Assembly: GCA_029056365.1 (NCBI GenBank) | Contig: JAIDBM010000064.1 | Span: 1 to 42,871, forward strand | DNA length: 42,871 bases | Reading direction: 5' to 3' | DNA from: Muribaculaceae bacterium | GTDB lineage: Bacteria > Bacteroidota > Bacteroidia > Bacteroidales > Muribaculaceae | Shown: piece by piece, positions 9,893 through 19,086 of the stretch | Layout: each line of letters starts with the position of its first letter | How positions within the stretch are numbered: position 1 is the first letter of the stretch | Notes under the pieces: generated by a model | What the model was told of the DNA's origin: nothing | Database searches by the model: none | What the model saw: only the letters and a program-made list of their open reading frames with translations | Made by a program: the position numbers and the translations under genes

Positions 9893-9949
9893 ATAATCAA
9901 CGCTGTCTAATCAATGGACAGTAATTTGTTAACCCTTAAAAATTTTCCT

Positions 9950-10207
9950 ATGGAGAAATTTTTCCTTAAGGTTCTTCATGAAGAACCGGTAACAGATTTA
10001 TCTCTGCAAGAACTTGTTGGTGGGGGCTGCTGGATAAATGTATGCATTAAGTACAACGCAGATTGTACTTGCTACAATGACAGTAGTTATATCATATGCG
10101 CTGATTTCTGTTCATTGGACTCAGTGGAAAGATGCCCTGGTGATTGTGATGGTCTGAGACCTCTATGCCCTCCTGTCACAACAATCGGAGATGGAGAAAT
10201 TCATTAA
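9950..10207 (+). CDS. Cys-rich RiPP precursor peptide with double-glycine leader
   Basis: Leader MEKFFLKVLHEEPVTDLSLQELVGG, then a 60-aa core with 9 Cys. Adjacent to a radical SAM enzyme and near a C39 transporter. Alternative start at 9914. Confidence 0.85.
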   Translation: MEKFFLKVLHEEPVTDLSLQELVGGGCWINVCIKYNADCTCYNDSSYIICADFCSLDSVERCPGDCDGLRPLCPPVTTIGDGEIH

Positions 10208-10213
10208 TCCAAT

Positions 10214-10259
10214 AAAAGTTACATTATGGCATCGAAACCGATGCCATAATGTAACTTTT
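10214..10259 (+). terminator. Perfect 21-bp stem-loop between precursor and maturase (attenuator/mRNA stabiliser)
   Basis: AAAAGTTACATTATGGCATCG-AAAC-CGATGCCATAATGTAACTTTT. Confidence 0.75.
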
Positions 10260-10272
10260 CAACAAAATCTAT

Positions 10273-11565
10273 ATGGAACTCTCAATATATAGCATTACAT
10301 TTGTAGAAAACGGAAAATTCTATTTGTATAACTCTCAGACCAATTTCTTTTCTGAAATATCTGAGGAGTTATATAAGTCGCTTAAAAACCGTACATGGCA
10401 GGAGCTTCCTGAGTCAGTAATAGAGCAACTTATATCAAAGAAGATTATAGTGAATAGCGCCTCAAAATACGACTACTATAACCTTAAGCGATTGCAATTT
10501 AATGCCCAAAAGTACAACACCGGTTGCTTGGGTCTCGTTATAGTGCCTACTACAGCATGCAATTTCGCCTGTCCTTATTGTTTTGAGCCCAAAAAGGACC
10601 CTAAAACCATAACTGCTCCAATAATAGACGACCTACAAAAATTTATCAAATCGTTTGTCGGTGCACATAATATTGATTTGACATGGTATGGCGGTGAACC
10701 CCTTTTAGCTTTTAATCAAATAAAAGACATCTATAGAATGCTGACCGAAGACGGAATGCCCGAAATAAAGGCTCATTCTATTGTTACAAACGGATATCTG
10801 TTCACTGAAGAAGTCATTGACTTCTTTAAAGGAAAAAAACTGGGCAATATACAGATTACTATTGATGGCAGTAAGGAACATCATAATACAACACGCTGTC
10901 TTAAGGCTGGTCAAAAACCTACATTTGATGTAATTATCAACAATATCGAGTTGATTTTACAGCATATGCCCGAGACGATTCTTGCCATAAGGGTAAATGT
11001 CAAGAAATCAAATCTTATAGAATATCTGCATCTGTTAGAATATTTCAACAAGAAATATCCTGACAACAAAAAGCTTAACATATATCCAGGTCTCATAAGA
11101 GAAGAAACTCCGGATAAGAAATCACTCACGTGCGACTGTTTTTCATCAGAAGACGTATCAGACCTTAACCAGTTGATAAAGGAAGCCGGCTATAGCGCAA
11201 ATATATTTCCTAAACGACAACATCGTGGATGCATGGCTCAATCCTTGAATTCATATATAATAGGCCCGGAAGGAGAACTATACAAATGCTGGAATGATGT
11301 GTCAAACCCAAATATGGTTATCGGCAACATTTCTTCCATGGATACGAGCGGAAGTACTCGATTACTGAACTTTATGACCGAATCGACACCATTCGATGCA
11401 AAATGTAAAATATGCCATGCCTTCCCTATATGTGACGGTGGATGTGCATATTACCGTCTGCGGAACCTGAAGGAAAATGCATGCTTTCCAGTCTGCTCGT
11501 CTTTCAAGGATATTGAGAAGCTCAAACGAGCACTATTCAATGGTGTAAAACCCGAACTGATATAA
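10273..11565 (+). CDS. Radical SAM/SPASM peptide maturase
   Basis: CNFACPYC (CX3CX2C), WYGGEPLL, TNG, QITIDG. SPASM GCMA..YKCW..CKICHAFPICDGGC..C..C. The ~85-aa N-terminal extension could be an RRE. Confidence 0.92.
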   Translation: MELSIYSITFVENGKFYLYNSQTNFFSEISEELYKSLKNRTWQELPESVIEQLISKKIIVNSASKYDYYNLKRLQFNAQKYNTGCLGLVIVPTTACNFACPYCFEPKKDPKTITAPIIDDLQKFIKSFVGAHNIDLTWYGGEPLLAFNQIKDIYRMLTEDGMPEIKAHSIVTNGYLFTEEVIDFFKGKKLGNIQITIDGSKEHHNTTRCLKAGQKPTFDVIINNIELILQHMPETILAIRVNVKKSNLIEYLHLLEYFNKKYPDNKKLNIYPGLIREETPDKKSLTCDCFSSEDVSDLNQLIKEAGYSANIFPKRQHRGCMAQSLNSYIIGPEGELYKCWNDVSNPNMVIGNISSMDTSGSTRLLNFMTESTPFDAKCKICHAFPICDGGCAYYRLRNLKENACFPVCSSFKDIEKLKRALFNGVKPELI

Positions 11566-11633
11566 AATCACAATTATCTCATTAGTTCCTTTGATGTTTT
11601 ATATATTTGCAATAATTTTAAAACAGAAATAAG

Positions 11634-13973
11634 ATGAAAAGTTGGAAAGACATAGTGCTAAGATTTATAGTGTTGTTGGTTCTATTCAATGGCATGCTTT
11701 GTGTTTCGGCATATGACATAAAGGTACGAATACAAATAAAAGAAACTAACGAACCTCTGTCCGAGTTTGTGCCGATTTTTTGTACGAAAGACGGCCACGA
11801 AAATTATGGCAAGGGAGTACTGCAGGCCGACAGCACCTTTTTAATTAAATACATGCCGGACAGAGGAAACTATACTATAGTATACACGATAGGAGATACG
11901 CATTACGGAAATCCTATAACGTTGCCGCGTGATACAGTGGTAAATATTTTTGTTCCTGAGAGGTTATTGCCAGAGTCCACAGAAGCCGAAGAACTCGGAG
12001 AACTTAAAGTTGAAGGCCATAGCCGTTATATCAATGGCAACCAGATTACGTTCATACCAACCAAAGATGAAAAAAAAATATCTCGCGGAGGTATCGAACT
12101 GATACGAACAATGGCGCTCGCCGACCTGTATGTCGATCCCATGTCGAAAACTGTCACTACAGCCTCGGGTAACGGCGTAGCGTTTTTTATTGATATGCAA
12201 CCGGCTACGCAGGTAGAGGTTGATATGTTGCGTGCCATGGACATACAGACTGTTGAATATTTCGAGTCGCCATCCGACCCTCGTTTTCATGGAGCACGGT
12301 ATGCTATAAATTACGTTCTTGTGAAATATGATTATGGCGGATATACAATCTTTAGTGGCCAGCAGAATTTCATACAGAATTATGGAGACTATCGCATGTA
12401 CTCACGTTATACAAAGGGGAAGATGCTCTATGATTTAGGCGGTGGATTCAACTATGCGAGCGATTCACACATCGGAAGCGACAAGCTGAGCGTTTACAAC
12501 TTTCCCGACTTCCCGCTGGAAAAACACTCAATCAGCGATGGTGCATCAGCAAGCAAACGAACAGGCTATGGAACGCTGAGGGCTACATATCAAAGCCAAA
12601 AAGTCAATATTGCAAATACGTTGAGTCTTTCAGGTGCAAACACGCCTCATAGCCTCTCACACAGTCTTGTAAATTACAATCCGGCCTTATTCCCGGAGGA
12701 AGAAAGCCGAAGATATTCCCACAACAGCAACCTTAGCGCTGTATGGAGCGGCAACTATTTTTTTGAGCTTCCCGCCGATTTCTCACTTACGGTCACTCCC
12801 ACTGCCTCGTATTCCAAATTCAGAAATGCATACTCCTTCTCCGAAGGCAGTACATTCCATAATGATTCGCGCGACAAATCATGGAAATATAATCTTCTGG
12901 CAGAGTTATATAAGAAATTTGGCAATATGAGTATTGGTGCCAGATTATCTACAGAAGGAAGTGGCAACTCAGTAACTTATACAGGTACCGAATCATCCAA
13001 GTCACACGGGCATACTCAGGGAGGTCTTGCCAATCTTTCGGCCAATTTTGAATTTGGCAAGTTATGGGGTGCTATAAACGCTGGCGTAAAATTCTCTTCG
13101 CAGACTGTTTCTGGTTTAAATTATAAATCGGTATCGCCGTCTTATTTCTTTCAGACAGGATATAACTTCAGCCGTCAAAGCAGCATTAACATGTTTTCCA
13201 ACTATACGCCATATACAGTGCCGATGAGCCAGAAGACCGACAATTTTGTTCTCCGCGATAAATTGGATGGAGTACGTGGCAATCCATCACTAAAGAACGG
13301 ACAGTTCTTCAATATTGGATTACAGTACAGATATATGCCTAACCGGATTATAAGTCTGTCAGCCTTCTGGACCTTCACCCGCACGAGTAATATGATCATA
13401 GACAGATATACTACAGAAATTTACCAAGGCTATCCGATAATGGTACGTAGCTGGCTTAACCACGGCTTCATGAACCATCACAACTACGGGTTAAACCTTT
13501 CGGTAAAATGTCTGAATTCCAAACTGCGACTTAACGGCGGTATACGCGGAAATAGTGTTGCACGCCATTCGATGCAGAACTACAGCGCCACACATCTTGA
13601 TTTCTTTGGCCAGGCTTTGTATATGTTCGGTCAGTTCTATGCCTCGGCATCATATAATTACCACCGTACAAATATCGGCAATTCATCGATAAGCAAGTCT
13701 CCATCTTATTATAGTATGGTTGTTGGCTGGGGCAACGGTAACTGGAACATATCGGCTACAGCATTCAATCCTTCTGTAGGTAATTACAAATCGAGATATT
13801 CGCTGATTGATACACCTGAGTTCAGCTCTCGTACTCAGAGCTATTCATCGTCATACCATCGGCTGTTTGTGTTGAATGTGTCGTATTCATTCTCCTATGG
13901 AAAAAAGGTAAATCAAACCAATCAGGTCGGTCAGCTTCAGGGCGGAGCCTCCGGCATACTTGATTACGAGTAA
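11634..13973 (+). CDS. Outer-membrane beta-barrel protein, TonB-dependent-receptor-like
   Basis: Signal peptide, N-terminal beta domain, plug-like segment (FFIDMQP..VEY..P..RF..AINYV), Ser/Tyr/Asn/Gly-rich amphipathic strands, LNVSYSF near the C-terminus. Confidence 0.75.
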   Translation: MKSWKDIVLRFIVLLVLFNGMLCVSAYDIKVRIQIKETNEPLSEFVPIFCTKDGHENYGKGVLQADSTFLIKYMPDRGNYTIVYTIGDTHYGNPITLPRDTVVNIFVPERLLPESTEAEELGELKVEGHSRYINGNQITFIPTKDEKKISRGGIELIRTMALADLYVDPMSKTVTTASGNGVAFFIDMQPATQVEVDMLRAMDIQTVEYFESPSDPRFHGARYAINYVLVKYDYGGYTIFSGQQNFIQNYGDYRMYSRYTKGKMLYDLGGGFNYASDSHIGSDKLSVYNFPDFPLEKHSISDGASASKRTGYGTLRATYQSQKVNIANTLSLSGANTPHSLSHSLVNYNPALFPEEESRRYSHNSNLSAVWSGNYFFELPADFSLTVTPTASYSKFRNAYSFSEGSTFHNDSRDKSWKYNLLAELYKKFGNMSIGARLSTEGSGNSVTYTGTESSKSHGHTQGGLANLSANFEFGKLWGAINAGVKFSSQTVSGLNYKSVSPSYFFQTGYNFSRQSSINMFSNYTPYTVPMSQKTDNFVLRDKLDGVRGNPSLKNGQFFNIGLQYRYMPNRIISLSAFWTFTRTSNMIIDRYTTEIYQGYPIMVRSWLNHGFMNHHNYGLNLSVKCLNSKLRLNGGIRGNSVARHSMQNYSATHLDFFGQALYMFGQFYASASYNYHRTNIGNSSISKSPSYYSMVVGWGNGNWNISATAFNPSVGNYKSRYSLIDTPEFSSRTQSYSSSYHRLFVLNVSYSFSYGKKVNQTNQVGQLQGGASGILDYE

Positions 13974-16162
13974 TGAAATTCAAGCTGATACGCCAGCTGG
14001 AAACAATGCAGTGTGGCGCTGCGTGTCTGGCAATGATATGTACGGCCCTCGGTATGCCCGTTTCCTTACGGAGGGCCGACAGATTGTGCGGTGCTTCCAA
14101 GCAGGGTGTATCAATGCTTGCAATTTCAAAGTCGGCATCGTCATTAGGCCTTGAAAATGCTACGGTTAAACTTACTGTCGAGAGGCTGTGCCAAATGCCG
14201 TTGCCTTGTGTTTTGCATTGGGATCAAAACCACTTTGTGGTGCTGCATAAAGTTTCGGACAATGGTCGCAAATTCCATATAGCTGACCCCGGTAAAGGAA
14301 AGACCACATACTCCAGAGCTGAACTCGAAGAGCATTGGATTAGTTCATCTACAGGCGATGACGAAAAGGGCATTGCCATGTTTTTCAATCCCACGGAATC
14401 GTTCTTCAGGATGCCCAAGGAGGAGCAATCGAGCGGCATAAATGTTGCCGAATTGTGGGGTTTTATAACCAGGCACAAGAAGTATTTTCTTCAGATACTT
14501 CTCGGCCTTCTGGTGGCTTGCCTGATGCAACTGATAATGCCGTTTCTCACACAAGCCATAGTGGACGCGGGCATAAAAAACTCATCGATTAAACTCATAT
14601 GGCTGATTCTGCTCGGTGAACTTATAATCATCATAGGACGTACCCTCACAGAATTCACCCGGAGCTGGTTGCTGCTCCATCTGTCGATGCGCCTGAACTT
14701 GTCGCTGCTCAACAGTTTCTTTCTTAAGTTGATGAAGCTTCCGATGAGTTTCTTCGACATTCGGAAATCAGGCGATATCATCCAGCGCATGTCTGACCAT
14801 GGACGTATTCGAAGCTTCCTCACTTCTCAGTTGCTGGGAGTAATATTCACTGTCGTCAGCCTGCTGGTATTCAGCGTAACTCTTCTGATTTACAGCCGAC
14901 TCATATTTGTGGTGTTCTTAGGCATGAGCATAATCTATATTCTGTGGGTGGTGCTGTTCCTGAACAGGCGGCGTATTATCGATTATGAAAGTTTCTCTGC
15001 TTCAGCCAAAAGTCAGGATATGACTTTTCAGTTTGTCAACTCCATGCAGGAAATCAAGCTGCAGAGCTGTCAGGAACGGCGTCGCAGCGAATGGGAAGAC
15101 ATGCAAATAGAGCTGTTTGAGGTTCAGATGAAATCGTTGAAACTTCAGCAAACTCAGGAAGCCGGAGCCTTGTTTATCAACGAACTGAAAAACATTCTTA
15201 TAACCGTTTTGGCGGCATCCGCAGTCATAAGCGGGCAATTTACTCTCGGCGCCATGCTGGCTGTACAGTATATTATCGGCCAGCTGAACTCCCCTCTAAG
15301 CCAGCTGATCGGATTCATATACTCCATGCAGGACGTAAAAATCTCACTGGAGCGAATCAACGAAATACACAGCTATGATAACGAGAACCGGAACAAGGTG
15401 AATGTTGCCCCGGTTATTACCAATCCTGAAATAGAATTTCGCAATGTGAGTTTCAGATACGACAAGTATTCGCCGAAGCTTACAATCGATGATGTCAGTT
15501 TCTCCATTCCTGCCGGAAAGGTAACCGCTATTGTCGGAGCCTCGGGCAGCGGCAAAACCACTCTGCTGAAACTGATGCTGGGTTACTATTGCCCTGAAAG
15601 CGGGAGTATATTAGTGTCAGGCCATGACCTGAATAATTATAATCGCGAGTCCTGGCGGTCGAACTGCGGAGTCGTGATGCAGGATGGAGTTATTTTTTCG
15701 GATACGATAGCCCGTAATATCGCGGCCACTGACGGACCGGTTGACCTTGATCGTCTGAAATATGCCGCCACCCTGGCTAACGTGCATGAATACGTAATGG
15801 CCATGCCCTTGAAATACAACACTCAAATCGGTAAAGACGGCATGGGTTTAAGTCAAGGTCAGAAGCAGCGCATTCTTATTGCCCGGGCAATCTACCGTAA
15901 TCCCAAGTTTATTTTTCTTGACGAGGCTACAAACGCTCTGGATGCCTGTAATGAAAAAGAAATAATTGAGAAGCTGGATGATTTCTTTCGAGGGCGTACG
16001 GTAGTGGTCATCGCCCACCGTCTTTCAACCGTAAGAAATGCCGACCAGATATTGGTAATCGACAATGGTAAAATATCAGAGTGTGGAACTCACACAGAGT
16101 TGATTCACTCAAAAGGTATATATTACAATCTGATAAAAAATCAATTGGAATTAGGAACATGA
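13973..16162 (+). CDS. Peptidase C39-containing ABC transporter (PCAT, SunT/LanT-like)
   Basis: C39 residues QCGAACLAM, HWDQNHFVV and IADP; TMD; Walker A GASGSGKTT, signature LSQGQKQR, IFLDE, AHRLST. Confidence 0.95.
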   Translation: MKFKLIRQLETMQCGAACLAMICTALGMPVSLRRADRLCGASKQGVSMLAISKSASSLGLENATVKLTVERLCQMPLPCVLHWDQNHFVVLHKVSDNGRKFHIADPGKGKTTYSRAELEEHWISSSTGDDEKGIAMFFNPTESFFRMPKEEQSSGINVAELWGFITRHKKYFLQILLGLLVACLMQLIMPFLTQAIVDAGIKNSSIKLIWLILLGELIIIIGRTLTEFTRSWLLLHLSMRLNLSLLNSFFLKLMKLPMSFFDIRKSGDIIQRMSDHGRIRSFLTSQLLGVIFTVVSLLVFSVTLLIYSRLIFVVFLGMSIIYILWVVLFLNRRRIIDYESFSASAKSQDMTFQFVNSMQEIKLQSCQERRRSEWEDMQIELFEVQMKSLKLQQTQEAGALFINELKNILITVLAASAVISGQFTLGAMLAVQYIIGQLNSPLSQLIGFIYSMQDVKISLERINEIHSYDNENRNKVNVAPVITNPEIEFRNVSFRYDKYSPKLTIDDVSFSIPAGKVTAIVGASGSGKTTLLKLMLGYYCPESGSILVSGHDLNNYNRESWRSNCGVVMQDGVIFSDTIARNIAATDGPVDLDRLKYAATLANVHEYVMAMPLKYNTQIGKDGMGLSQGQKQRILIARAIYRNPKFIFLDEATNALDACNEKEIIEKLDDFFRGRTVVVIAHRLSTVRNADQILVIDNGKISECGTHTELIHSKGIYYNLIKNQLELGT

Positions 16163-16317
16163 AAAAAGATTCTGACCATGAAATATTTCTCATTCCCCAA
16201 AAGCCGTTGCGCCGGCTCAAGGATATTCCCCGAAAGATTTATATCGGAGGTTATTTATCCATATTCCTGGCGCTGGCCGCTTTAATTATTGTATATATCT
16301 TCTTGTCTACTTTTTGA
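16159..16317 (+). CDS. 52-aa single-TM protein resembling the N-terminus of a HlyD-family adaptor (stub or truncated)
   Basis: ATGA overlap with the PCAT stop; IPRKIYIGG followed by a hydrophobic helix; no periplasmic domain. Confidence 0.5.
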   Translation: MKKDSDHEIFLIPQKPLRRLKDIPRKIYIGGYLSIFLALAALIIVYIFLSTF

Positions 16318-16349
16318 GGCTGGTACAAATTATTGTATATATCTTCTTG
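16284..16349. repeat. 22-bp direct repeat pair
   Basis: AATTATTGTATATATCTTCTTG at 16284-16305 and 16328-16349. Confidence 0.9.
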
Positions 16350-16364
16350 GAGCAAACCGGCTCT

Positions 16365-16449
16365 AATTTGGCTGTGAGGGAATAATTCATCGGATTAAAT
16401 TTGGCTGTGAGGGAATAATCCATAAGATTAAATTTGGCTGTGAGGGAAT
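16365..16449. repeat. 33-bp tandem repeat (2 full units + 1 partial)
   Basis: AATTTGGCTGTGAGGGAAT starts at 16365, 16398 and 16431; intervening sequences are AATTCATCGGATTA and AATCCATAAGATTA. Confidence 0.92.
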
Positions 16450-16565
16450 TTTGTTGTATATTGCACTATACATCAGAACTTTACAATTATAACAGAATCC
16501 AAATTCATATTTAAGTGCAAAATTTACGATAAGACCAAACCAGCTCTAAGGGAATAATTCAGGGT

Positions 16566-17273
16566 TCAGAACCTGGAAATACGCTCTCTGACATATGGAG
16601 TGGGTCTCACGCTGTATGCCCGCCCGAGATATTCAACAGCCTTGTCGGCACAGCCTGTGTCGGCGTAATAATTGCCCAAATAAAGCAATGCCGTATAATC
16701 GCAGGCATCTATATCAAGCACAGCAAGCCATTGTTTCACAGCCATGTCGAAATCACCGCACAACATATATCCCCGGCCAAGCGCCACAAGGTAGCCGGTG
16801 TCCTGCGGAAGTCCACGGTGCATCCGTCCGGCATACTCCACTATCATCGGCCCGTCGTTGCGGAAAAGATAATATTCGAGTAAAGCGGCATCGACCGGAC
16901 GGCTCAGCCAGGGCATCTCGCGGGCAGCCAGTCGGAGAAAGCTTCCATACACCGGCGCATGACCTATGGCGAACGAGATGTCGCGCACCCGTTCAAACAG
17001 CGGATATATCCCCACACGATGCTCCGACGAGCGCTCAAGCAAATCGGTCATCCGCAATGTGTCAGCCATCATGGCCGAGGCCACAATGGCATGAGCATAG
17101 CTGTCAAGCGAATCGGGTCTCTCGGCGAGCATAAGCTCATACAGGGCCTGGGCGCTGGCCCACTCGCCCTCGCCGAAATACTTCCCGGCCTTTCGGGCCA
17201 CATCATGATAATCGGCTGCATTAAGCAATACCGCCACAGCCGACATCAGGTACAGCAACAGCGCTCTTTTCAT
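16566..17273 (-). CDS. Secreted TPR protein
   Basis: Signal peptide; TPR-like helices (LVALGRGYMLCGDFDMAV, LLYLGNYYADTG). Confidence 0.75.
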   Translation of the reverse strand: MKRALLLYLMSAVAVLLNAADYHDVARKAGKYFGEGEWASAQALYELMLAERPDSLDSYAHAIVASAMMADTLRMTDLLERSSEHRVGIYPLFERVRDISFAIGHAPVYGSFLRLAAREMPWLSRPVDAALLEYYLFRNDGPMIVEYAGRMHRGLPQDTGYLVALGRGYMLCGDFDMAVKQWLAVLDIDACDYTALLYLGNYYADTGCADKAVEYLGRAYSVRPTPYVRERISRF

Positions 17274-17276
17274 TTT

Positions 17277-18944
17277 TCAATATTTGAACGATGAGCCTCC
17301 GAGAAATTCGCGCAACAGACTTGTAGGCGGTATCTTCTCCGCCCCAATCGGCAGGAAATGGCTCAGGAACTTACGCAGGCGGTACGCCTCGCCATATTCA
17401 GGCACATCGCCCGGCACTCCCTTGAGAATCTCCTCGCCATACTCCTTCATTACACCAAGCTCGAACAGCAGCGACGAATTGAACGTGGCATCGGCATTTT
17501 CCTGATACGGAAATATCCAGCGCTCCTCGCCTCTCCGCACACTTGGCCAGCGGCGGATAGTCTCCTCGGCCGAAGTTCCTCTGTACTTATAGTCGCGGAT
17601 TATTCGCCGGAGCAGACGGTTGTCGGTGGTCGGAACCCAGTTGTGGTCGTCGACCGACAATGTGGTGAGCGCCGACACATACACTCGGAATTTCATTTCC
17701 TCGGCGATATGGGCCGTAAGCTCCGGATTGAGTCCATGTATGCCTTCGATGAGCAGCACACCTCCCTCACCGAGTTTTATCCTGTGGCCGCGATACTGAC
17801 GGCATCCGAGTTCAAAATTGTAACTCGGCAGTTCTACCTCCTCACCGGCGAGTATGCGGTTCAGATCGGCGTTGAACTGCGCCAAGTCGAGCGAATACAA
17901 CGATTCATAGTCGTAATCGCCATCGGCGTCACGTGGCGTCTGGTCGCGGTTCACGAAATAATCATCAAGCGAAATCATCTGCGGCTTCAGCAGATTTGTC
18001 ATCAGCTGTATGGCCAGACGCTTTGTAGTAGTGGTCTTGCCCGAGGACGACGGCCCGGCCACAAGCACAACCCTGGCGCCGCCACGGCGATAACGCGCTG
18101 CGATTTCATCGCTGATACGCGATATTTTTTTGTCGTGGAGGGCCTCGGCCACATTTATTAGGTCGGATGTGCGGTTCGCAAGCACCTCGCGGTTGAGTTC
18201 TCCCACATTGCTCACTCCGACTATGGCGTTGAAATGCAGATAGTCGGTAAATGCCTCATACATTTTTTCCTGGGTCAGCGGCTGCGGGGGAACCGATTCG
18301 TCTGCCGGGTCGAACCCGAGCAGCAGCATTCCCTCCTTGTAGGGCAACAGGTCAAAAACATCAAGCTGACCGGTGGAGTAGGCGAGGGCGCCATAATAGC
18401 TGTCGGAGATTTCTCCGAGTCTGTAATAGGCTGTATATAAACTGCGCTCCGTTTCCAGCAGGAGCACCTTGTCGTCAAGTCCCTGGGCACGGAATTCGGC
18501 TATGACATCCTGAGTGAGGCGTTCTCTCCGCTCAAACTTCAGATCCGATTCCACAATGCGGCGCATTTCGGCCTTTAGAGACGCTATGACTGATGCGTCG
18601 GCGTCAACTCCACGCAACAGACAATAATATCCCTGCGATATGGAATGCTCTATCTTAAGCCCGGCCGACGGATACAGGCGGTGCAGCGCCAGATACAGAA
18701 CCATGCACAGCGACCGTGTATAGCACCGGCGCCCGCTCGCCGAGTTGCGGGGCAGGAACTCAACCACCTTCGGCTGGTAAACGGCATAATTCAAATCCTC
18801 GTTCTTGAAATTAACCAGGGCGCACAGAGGCTCAAAACCGATACGGTCCTGAATGCCCTTGTATATATCCACAAGCTTTTTTCCGCCGTCTATATCCACA
18901 TAATCGCAGATGTTCCGGCAATATACTTTAAGTCGGTCACTCAT
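17277..18944 (-). CDS. Nucleoside (uridine) kinase with ThrRS-like N-terminal domain
   Basis: Walker A AGPSSSGKTT, ISLDDYF, IEGIHGLNP, RLLRRIIRD, C-terminal LREFLGGSSF. Confidence 0.88.
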   Translation of the reverse strand: MSDRLKVYCRNICDYVDIDGGKKLVDIYKGIQDRIGFEPLCALVNFKNEDLNYAVYQPKVVEFLPRNSASGRRCYTRSLCMVLYLALHRLYPSAGLKIEHSISQGYYCLLRGVDADASVIASLKAEMRRIVESDLKFERRERLTQDVIAEFRAQGLDDKVLLLETERSLYTAYYRLGEISDSYYGALAYSTGQLDVFDLLPYKEGMLLLGFDPADESVPPQPLTQEKMYEAFTDYLHFNAIVGVSNVGELNREVLANRTSDLINVAEALHDKKISRISDEIAARYRRGGARVVLVAGPSSSGKTTTTKRLAIQLMTNLLKPQMISLDDYFVNRDQTPRDADGDYDYESLYSLDLAQFNADLNRILAGEEVELPSYNFELGCRQYRGHRIKLGEGGVLLIEGIHGLNPELTAHIAEEMKFRVYVSALTTLSVDDHNWVPTTDNRLLRRIIRDYKYRGTSAEETIRRWPSVRRGEERWIFPYQENADATFNSSLLFELGVMKEYGEEILKGVPGDVPEYGEAYRLRKFLSHFLPIGAEKIPPTSLLREFLGGSSFKY

Positions 18945-19086
18945 AATCTTGAAATTTCAGCTACATTATCAATGCAATGTCTCTGACCATTATATTGTTC
19001 AATGCAAACTTAATAAATTTATTCGACATCGGCAAATCTGGCATACGCAATCTGAACATATTGCCCAAGGCAGGCGTTTCAAACAT

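Noticed and set aside
10273-11565. Anaerobic sulfatase maturase (anSME) call
   Set aside because: No sulfatase is nearby, while a GG-leader Cys-rich peptide and a PCAT are in the same cluster, so peptide maturase is more parsimonious.
16365-16449. Mini CRISPR array
   Set aside because: The conserved part is only 19 bp, the 14-bp 'spacers' are near-identical to each other, and no cas genes are present. It is a tandem repeat.
5827-16565. Integrative or transposable element
   Set aside because: No integrase, transposase, relaxase, tRNA target or matching terminal repeats were found.
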